Part shown: piece after piece, positions 52,601 to 61,600 of the stretch
Position numbering within the stretch: position 1 is the first letter of the stretch
How the letters are laid out: every line of letters begins with the position of its first letter
From: Phoronis australis
Taxonomy: Eukaryota > Animalia > Phoronida
Assembly: GCA_002633005.1 (NCBI GenBank)
Contig: NMRA01000074.1
Span: 124,001 to 188,000, forward strand
Direction: 5' to 3'
Length of the DNA: 64,000 nucleotides
Made by a program: the position numbers and the translations under genes
Notes under the pieces: model-generated
Told to the model about the DNA's origin: nothing
The model's input: the letters and a program-made list of their open reading frames with translations, nothing else
Database searches by the model: none

Positions 52601-55600
52601 NNNNNNNNNNNNNNNNNNNNNNNNNNNNNNNNNNNNNNNNNNNNNNNNNNNNNNNNNNNNNNNNNNNNNNNNNNNNNNNNNNNNNNNNNNNNNNNNNNNN
52701 NNNNNNNNNNNNNNNNNNNNNNNNNNNNNNNNNNNNNNNNNNNNNNNNNNNNNNNNNNNNNNNNNNNNNNNNNNNNNNNNNNNNNNNNNNNNNNNNNNNN
52801 NNNNNNNNNNNNNNNNNNNNNNNNNNNNNNNNNNNNNNNNNNNNNNNNNNNNNNNNNNNNNNNNNNNNNNNNNNNNNNNNNNNNNNNNNNNNNNNNNNNN
52901 NNNNNNNNNNNNNNNNNNNNNNNNNNNNNNNNNNNNNNNNNNNNNNNNNNNNNNNNNNNNNNNNNNNNNNNNNNNNNNNNNNNNNNNNNNNNNNNNNNNN
53001 NNNNNNNNNNNNNNNNNNNNNNNNNNNNNNNNNNNNNNNNNNNNNNNNNNNNNNNNNNNNNNNNNNNNNNNNNNNNNNNNNNNNNNNNNNNNNNNNNNNN
53101 NNNNNNNNNNNNNNNNNNNNNNNNNNNNNNNNNNNNNNNNNNNNNNNNNNNNNNNNNNNNNNNNNNNNNNNNNNNTAAAAATGGCCACTAGGTGGCGCAA
53201 ACTATGTCGAATCCATCTGAAAACGGCAGGATAGCGTCATCTGACTAATAGGTGCCTACATACCAAATTTCAAGAAAATCCGTTCAGGATTTTTGAAGAT
53301 ACAAAGGTAAGCATAAAAAACTAAAATTGCCACTAGGGGGCACACCGGTAGTCGGATCCGTCCGAAAGTTCGCACATGCCGTCCCATTCATGAATGGAAC
53401 ATATGTGCCAAATTTCATGAACGTATGTCAAAGAGTTTTGGAGATAGAGCAGCGGACCCCGGACGCTGGACGGACGCCGCCCGGACGGACGGACAGAGAT
53501 GACGGCATAATGCGCATAAAAAATGAAATTGTCACTGTGGGGCACAGCGTTTATTGGATCCGTCTGAAACACGTCACCGTCTGCTGTTAGCTTCATATAA
53601 ATACAAGTTTAATAAAGATTCTGCAGTGAGTTTAGGAGATGCAGATGTGGGTGCAAACCAAAACAATACTACCACTAGGAGGCGCTAAAGTAATCGAATT
53701 CGTCAGTGTTTCCCCTGGGATTTGTAAGAAGCGTGGTGGTGAATGGCCGAAAGGGGGTGCAAAACCCGTTGCCGCACGCGTATATGAGAAATGGGATCCC
53801 CCTATTATCTGGGTTTTGAAAGGAGCGTGGTGGTGAACGCTCGACGCGGATGCAGAACCCGGCACCACATGCGAGCATGGGATGACCTTCCCCAGGCAAA
53901 ATTTGAAAATTAGATGTAACTAGGTGCAGTTTGCTCATCATAGACAACATAGACAAAACCTTAACCCGAGCATCATGTAGTGGAAGTTTCTGGATAAAGA
54001 ACACTCCACAAGACAATTTGGCAATGAAGTGTCCGGCATAGTGTGATCTCTGTCGCACTTGAGTACAAAAAAAACAGTAGAACAAAAATATTTGAACTTT
54101 GTAGACGTAAAAATCTAAATTTGTGTAATGAAACTTCCATTGATACCGTCTTGCTAAACATAAATCAGTGATAGTGGATTGGTGTTGGCCAGCATAATAA
54201 TCCAATCTATGCAGACAAATCTGAGACTGGTTAATATTTAATATCGTCATTTTGGCGCAGGGCTATGGTTGATTAAACAGTTGGATGTCACGCCTTGTAG
54301 TATAATTCACAATGTCTTGTAAACTCAGACATGACAAAATGAATTAAGCAGCAATCTTACTGTTTCTTACTTCATTAGAGAGCCCAGGCGCTTTCCCATT
54401 TTAGAAAATTTGTATTGAAGTCGTTGCCTGGTCCCCGGCTGTATTAAGTATATAAAATGCGTTCTCAGATAACCAGGCAGAAACGAGGTATGAAAGGAGA
54501 TTGAGGATTGAATGACTGTGTTTAACAGGGGCACAATTCAAGATCCCATTGTAAAATTATTATTTTTCCCTTTCGATCCACAAGCAGCGAAAGGTGCTGT
54601 GTGACTTGTACTTATTCATTATTAGGCCTACTAGTGATCATTTTTACTAGCGATTCATTTTACTAGCGATCATTTTTACTAGCGATCATTTTTACTAGCG
54701 ATTTTTGCGTGGCGGTGAAGTTTCCCCATCCCGATTAGGTGTGTGGCAGTCAATTTGAGTATGATTTACGAGTGGCGGGGCCAAAAAGGGGCGTGGCGGG
54801 CCGCCCTGAAGTTTACACGCAGGGGAAACACTCTTCGTTATCGTCTATACTCCTCTTCACACTGAGAATATATCTGCCAATTTTCAAAATCATCCTTAGA
54901 ATGGTTTGGTTGATCGAGGGGTGGACACCAAAGAACACGACTTGAAAACAGGATAAATGGCCACTAGGTAGAGCAAAGTACCTCGATTCCATCCAAAAGC
55001 AGGAGGAAAGCATCATCTCTTCAATAAATGCCAACATTTAGATTATCTGTTGAGGACCTTTGAAGATACAGAGGTAATCCTAAAAAAATGAAAATTACCA
55101 CTAGGGGGCACACTGGTAGTCAGATCCATCTGAAAGTTGATGTCAGCAGTTGTCAACATCATATAAAATATACATTTCCTAAATTTAGCAAAGATGCTGC
55201 AAACGGTTTAGGAGATACCATGGGGGCAAAAAAAAAACTTCCACTAGGCCAGTAGTTAAAATTGTCGGAAATCATCATCAGCTGTCCTCTTCATAGCAGG
55301 AACATACATACCAATTTCCTCAATCATCCATAGTGCGGTTTAGTTGATAGAGGGGTGGACGCCAAAAACAGACTCGAAAACAGCAAAAAGGCCACTAGGT
55401 GGCGCAAACTATGTAGAATCCATCCAAAAATGGGAGGATAGCGTCATCTCACTAATAACTGATAGATGCCTATATGCCGAATTATATGAAAATACGTTGA
55501 ATACCTTGAAGATATAGAGGTAAGCGGAAAAAATTGCTACTAGGGGGCACACAGGTAGTTGGATCCGTCTGAAATTTCACTCATGCCGTCCCATCTATGA

Positions 55601-58600
55601 TAGGAATATAAGAATGTAAGTCAAAGGGTTTTGGAGACAGAGTAGCCAACACCGAACGCCGGACAGACGGATGCCGGACAGACGGAAATAACGGCATAAT
55701 GCGTCCACACAACGTCACAAGTGTGCGGGCGCATAAAAATGCAGGCACGGGACCAATATCTCACGAAAACTCCAATGCAGGCAAACAACTTTCCGTTCTC
55801 AATCTCTCTAGATAATAAAGAGATGGCCTCCTTTAGCATACTAATGACCCAAGTTAATGTCGCGTCTCATACGCACAACAGTCGTGAAACCATTTGCCAA
55901 TAGGTTCTAGAGCACCAATGATAGTAAACAAAGAATTTACATTGCCTGCTTTACTTAAAGCATGCTGGCCTCAACATTATCCACATTACAAAAAGTGCCA
56001 AAATGAAATCTTGTAGCTTTTCAGTGACAGGATAAAATGCCTCTCCAGTGGTAAAGACATAGTGTAAACTAGCATAGCTTACGATTTCTTTCAAAGTCTT
56101 CTTTCAACTTGCCCAGCACTTCATAGGCAGAGAAAAAACGGAATGGAAACTGACGACTGTTGATCACAGCTCCCTGCAAACATAGAATGGGAACTGACAA
56201 CTGTTAATCACAGCTCCCTGCAAACATAGAATGGGAACTGACAACTGTTAATCACAGCTCACTGCACTCATAGAATGGGAACTGACAACTGTTAATCACA
56301 GCTTCCTGCAAACATAGAATGGGAACTGGCAACTGTTAATCACAGCTCCCTGCAAATACAAAACCCACAGTTGTGAACCACCTGCATTATGTATTTTTTG
56401 AGATATTAACATATTAATTTAAGTTGCACCCTCAATTTAACTTGTATGCGGGTTAGGATTATTTTCAACAGCTTGAATTTGAGAAAAAAACAATGTAAAT
56501 AATGGTTGGACAAATCAAAGTAAATGCCTGCATAGAAGAAAGAAAACTAATTTGTTCTCAAAATTAGACACCACTACATATACAGGGAGGCTAATTCTAG
56601 ACTTGACACAGACTATGAGAGATATCAAACTGCAAATCTCTCAAGTTTCAAGCCCTTCTTAAACTAAACCAATTAACTGTACATTAACCGTCACCTTTTT
56701 CAAGTTGGAAAAACTCAAAAAAAAGAGAGCAAGAGTCAATAGCTTCACAACTGTTTGGTTGATTTCTTATTCCATCTTGAAGTCAATCAACGTTTAATAT
56801 CACGAATTTCGCCCAGGCAAGGGACATGTTGTTTTATATATGAGATCACCTTATACCCGACCTGTTGCAGTAAAATGTAATGATTTCTGGACAATTTTTT
56901 CAAAATGTTTAAGTCCCGTTTCCAAAGCAAGAAAGATTTTACCTGGTCACACAATTTCTTTAAAACCCAGCTGTGGTGTTTCTCTGAAATGCCAGCTTGG
57001 ATGAGATTTCTTAGATTTCTCAGCATGGCCATGTATGGAAGTTTCTTATGGTCTGAAAAGCAGCACACAGAATTTTACAAATCACACAATGTACAGGATA
57101 TTTGATAAAACAGTTGAGTTCAGACGTCTTGAGGACACCTGGGGGGCACCTCTTGGGGGGGTACTTCCATAAATGAGGTACACGGTATGTGCCCCTCAGA
57201 AGTGTAACTTTTCACAGCCAGTTTATCAACAAAAGGCAGAATTTTTTGAAAAAACAGTTCACAAAAGATTTTACTTGGAATGGGAGATAGAAACTCTACA
57301 AAAGGTACTTTCATTTGCTTACACTAATTCCATCATGCTTTTTTAATATTATGTCAAACTTGTAACAAAAGATTTTTTTACTCATTTTTGACACTACAAC
57401 AATGGGTAAAATTTTAGCTACCCAAAAATCTCTACAAAAGATTTGCATTTAAGAATTAACCCCTATGAAACAGAGATGATTTTGGAACAGAACTCCACAG
57501 AAGGGTCACCATGACTTTTCCATTGAAGCTCCACTCCATATGACAAGGTGTCTTTCTTGGAGTTTCCTTTCTAAACGGGTGGGTATTCTAGTTTTCCAGC
57601 TACTTCCCACCCCCCCNCCCCGTCAAAAGTATGAAGGACTACCCCTGGGGATATCAACAGACAGCTGATTAATGGCCCACACCACTGAAAGGCTTGTTAC
57701 CTCTTGCCGTCCTGCAGGTGACATCTACTTGCCATCCATTTGCCAAAATATTTATCAAGTGAACTATCAGATCACAGAAAATTTTAAATGCAATGAACCT
57801 TACTCAAATCACACATGAAAACATATTATAATTTACCCGAATGTCACACAAAAAATAGTATACCAGAAGTTAATATGCAGTAAATGTGCTAACTAGAAAA
57901 CAACCACTAAATAAATCTATATCCACAGGTGTAAGCATTCATCAATACGATGATTGCTCAAAACATCAACTAAACACTTGATGTGACACCAAGTCGACAG
58001 GAAACTTCTACCAGCAATGGAAAACTTTCAGAAAACAATAGGGCTCATCACTTGGGACCGGTGACTCTTTTCGCCACCTTTTTATACAACGAAGTGCTAC
58101 TTGTTCACAGGTGCTGGCATAGGGGAAAATGCTTGACTTCATAAAACGACGCTTTTACAGTATATCAGGGTTTGGAATGACCAATGACAAAAAACGCGGA
58201 AACTATTACGGCCCAAAACATGCGCACTACCCAGCCTTGAAATCGGGAGGACTAAAAAAAAAACGTTACCACCATCAGTAGCATGCGTCTGCGTTTTTTT
58301 AGCTCGTCCATCCACTCCCACACCCACACATTTTGGCTGCAGAGCCGTAGTATTTGTCACCGTGGTTTACAATCACACGGGATGCCATTGAAAATCCCAC
58401 CACGCTATCCCAGATGCCCCGGCAATGTTGACAATTTACGTTCCTCCGAAACATAAAGAGCAACTTTCGCTTTTCGAGGTGAACGTCGTCGGCAACACCG
58501 TGGTAAGAAAGGAATTTGCCAAGGAAATTATATATCATATCCAATTTTTTTACGCGGAAATATAATAAAATGTGCGGACAGAACATTTGAAAAAAGCGGA

Positions 58601-61600
58601 AATCCGCGTTTCCACGGAAAATTCCAAGCCTTGGTATATGTGATGAAACCAGATGCATTTTCAAAAAAGGTATAATTGCAGCCTCTAGAGGTCGTTAGTA
58701 TCTGATCTCATGAGATCAGCCACCACGTTGCTAGTTGAAAGCCTCCCATTACCAAGAAACCAAAACTCACAAATTAGCCAGGCCTATACAACATCAGTGT
58801 TTCCCCTGGGTTTTGCAAGGAGCGTGGTGGCGAATGACCAAAACGGGGTCAATGCAAAGCACATTGCCGCACGCAAATATGAGAAATGGGATCCCCCTAT
58901 TAGCTGGGTTTTGAAAGGAGCATGGTGGTGAATGCTCGACGCGGATGTGGAACACGGCACCACATACGAGCATGGGATGAAGTGAGATCCTCCCATCAGG
59001 GAAGAGGGTTGGAGAGGCCTTCCCCGCAGGCAAAATTTGAAAATTAGATGTAATTGGGTGCAGTTTGCTCATCATAGACAACATAGACAAGACCTTAACC
59101 CTAGCATTATGTAGTGAAGTATCTGGGTAAAGAACACTTCGCAAGACAAGTTGGGAATGAAGTGTCCGGCATAGTGATAGTGTGATCTCTTGAGTACAAA
59201 AAACAGTGTTAAAATTCAGTTATCCATGAAGTGACAAACATAGATCAAAAATATTTCAACTTTGTAGACATTATAAACTAATTTGTGTAATGAAACTTCC
59301 GTTGGTACCGTCTTGCTAAACATAAATCAGTGACAGTGGATTGGCGTTGGCCGGTGTAGCAGATGATGTAATAATCCAGTCCATGCAGATGAATCTGAGA
59401 CTGGTTAACATTCAATATCCTCATTTTGGTGCAGGCAGGGCTATTGTTGATTAAACAGTTGGATGTCACGCCTTGCAGTATAAAAATGAATGAAGCAGAA
59501 ATCTTATTGTTTCTTACTTCATTAGCGAGCCCAGGTGCTTTCCCATTTTAGAAAATTCGTATTGAAGTCGTTGCCTGGTCCCCGGCTGTATTAAGTATAT
59601 AATATGCATTTGTCGGATAACCAGGCAGAAACGAGGTACGAAAGGAGATTAGGGATTGAATGACTGTTTAACGGGGGCACAATTCAAGATCCCATTGTAA
59701 AAATATTATTTTTCTCTTTCGATCCACAAACAGCGAGAGGTGCCATGTGACTTATACTTACCGTATTCGCCGTAATAACCGCCCAGGGCGCTTAGAAAAG
59801 TTTGGTTCAGGGGGGGCGCTTATTATAACCCAAGGCGGTTGAAACCCGGTCTCCGAAACGGGTGAAATCGGAAGCTAAGATTCACCAAATTTACGCTCTT
59901 TGACGTATATGTAATCTATGAAAGACTTTCAACAAAACTGTGGTGCATTGCTATCAAACTTTCCTGCTAAATTGCGATCATTTTACAGAAAATTGTGCTG
60001 AAATCCCAGGGTGAAAACTCGCCAACTGACTGCTTCGAAATCGTCGTCTTCGATATGGCGACTTCAATGCTTGAATAAAAATGGTTTCGATAAAGTACCT
60101 GAAATCCTCATTAAGTTTTATAAGTAGCGTCTCTAAGGTCTTTAAGTTCCCGTGGAGTCTGGATTAACGGCAGGTTTAAGTATAAATCTGAGCAACATCG
60201 TGCCATCTACATGTATGATCGGCAACACGGTGAGAAAAATGCCTGGACGAATACGCATGTTGTGACGTTTGTTTTGAAGTTCATCTGCGAATTAGCGAGT
60301 GCGTGCGTGTCACCAGAGTTCATTTGCCAAAGCAGAGACCGTCTTTCGGCCAGAGCCACGCAATCTAACTAGATGTGTCTAAAGAAATTTGCACAAGCAG
60401 TAGGCCTAAACCAGAGCGTGTTTCATTCAGCACTTGCCGGTCTCGTGCTAAAAACTTTAGACATTTGTCTCGGCAAGGCCCATATTAGTCGCCGTGTAGC
60501 TGAATACGTATGTAACTATCTGACAGTTATTTTTTGGTGTAAGGGTGTGTAAGCATTCACTGTCAGTTGTCATTTTATCGGATATTCGGCTTAATAACAC
60601 CAATTATGGTTAATCAAACAATCCATCTCAAAAATAACGCAAACATGTTTATAGTATTAGAAATTGTCAGAAATTAGTTCCAATATTCATTTCTTATCGA
60701 TGCTATGCTACCCGCTTCATGAATGGATAGTTCCCAACTTATGTCTTTGATGACAGGTTATGTAGCGCGCGCTTCCTGGCCACATGCGTTTAACACTGAG
60801 CTATTTTTATTCATGAGACGGTCGATGTGTCTACTGAAAGGTCAGACCATGGGACACGGTCGTCGCGAGAGCGTAGCAACGCTGTTGCGTTCTTTTTGAA
60901 GCGCTGCGTTACTTTGTCGTTGCGTTCTTTTTGAAGCGCTGCGTTACTTTGTCACGGCTAAATACAAACGTAGCAGTGCCACTGGCGGTCTAGAAGACCC
61001 GTGCAAAAATGTTTTGATAAATTGAAGACGTTACTGTAGCCGAGTTTTAGGACTGTAGGTACGTCATTGTTCGCATGTACACGTTCATGGACTGGGCGCT
61101 TATTTCAGCAAAGTCTGAAAACGCGTGGGGGGGGTGCTTATAGGGGCATGCCTGGGCGGTTATTACGGCGAATACGGTATTCATAATTACTAGCGATCAT
61201 TTTTACTAGCGATGATTTTTACTAGCGATCATTTTTACTAGCGATCATTTTTACTAGCTATCCTTTTTACTAGCTATCCTTTTTACTGACGATCCTTTTT
61301 ACTGGCGATCCTTTTTACTGGCGATCCTTTTTACTGGCGATCCTTTTTACTGGCTATCATTTTTACTGGCGATCATTTTTACTAGCGATCATTTTTACTA
61401 GCGATTTTTGAGTGGTGGTGAAGTTTCCCCGTCACGATTAGGTGTATGGTGGTCAATTTGAGTTTGATTTACGAGTGGCGGGGCCAAAAAGGACCGGGGC
61501 GGGCCGCCCAGAAGTTTACACGCAGGGGAAACCCTGCAACATGAAAGCATCACTTCAACAAACCTGACCAGAAGCATCCACCAGTAATGTCAAAAAGCTA

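Larger units (their letters stand above)
58795..61536. mobile_element. hAT-like non-autonomous element, copy 2, 6-bp TSD caacat
   Basis: caacat|cagtgtttcccctg ... caggggaaaccctg|caacat; carries a nested MITE. Confidence 0.85.

Noticed and set aside
52556-53200. ~200-aa ORFs in the track
   Set aside because: Artefacts of the N gap.
53675-54250. 191-aa ORF inside the hAT-like element
   Set aside because: No transposase motifs; the frame is not preserved in the second copy (indels).
56141-56357. CRISPR-like appearance of regular repeats (also 21250-21603)
   Set aside because: No unique spacers, eukaryotic intron context and no cas genes; the units are plain tandem copies.
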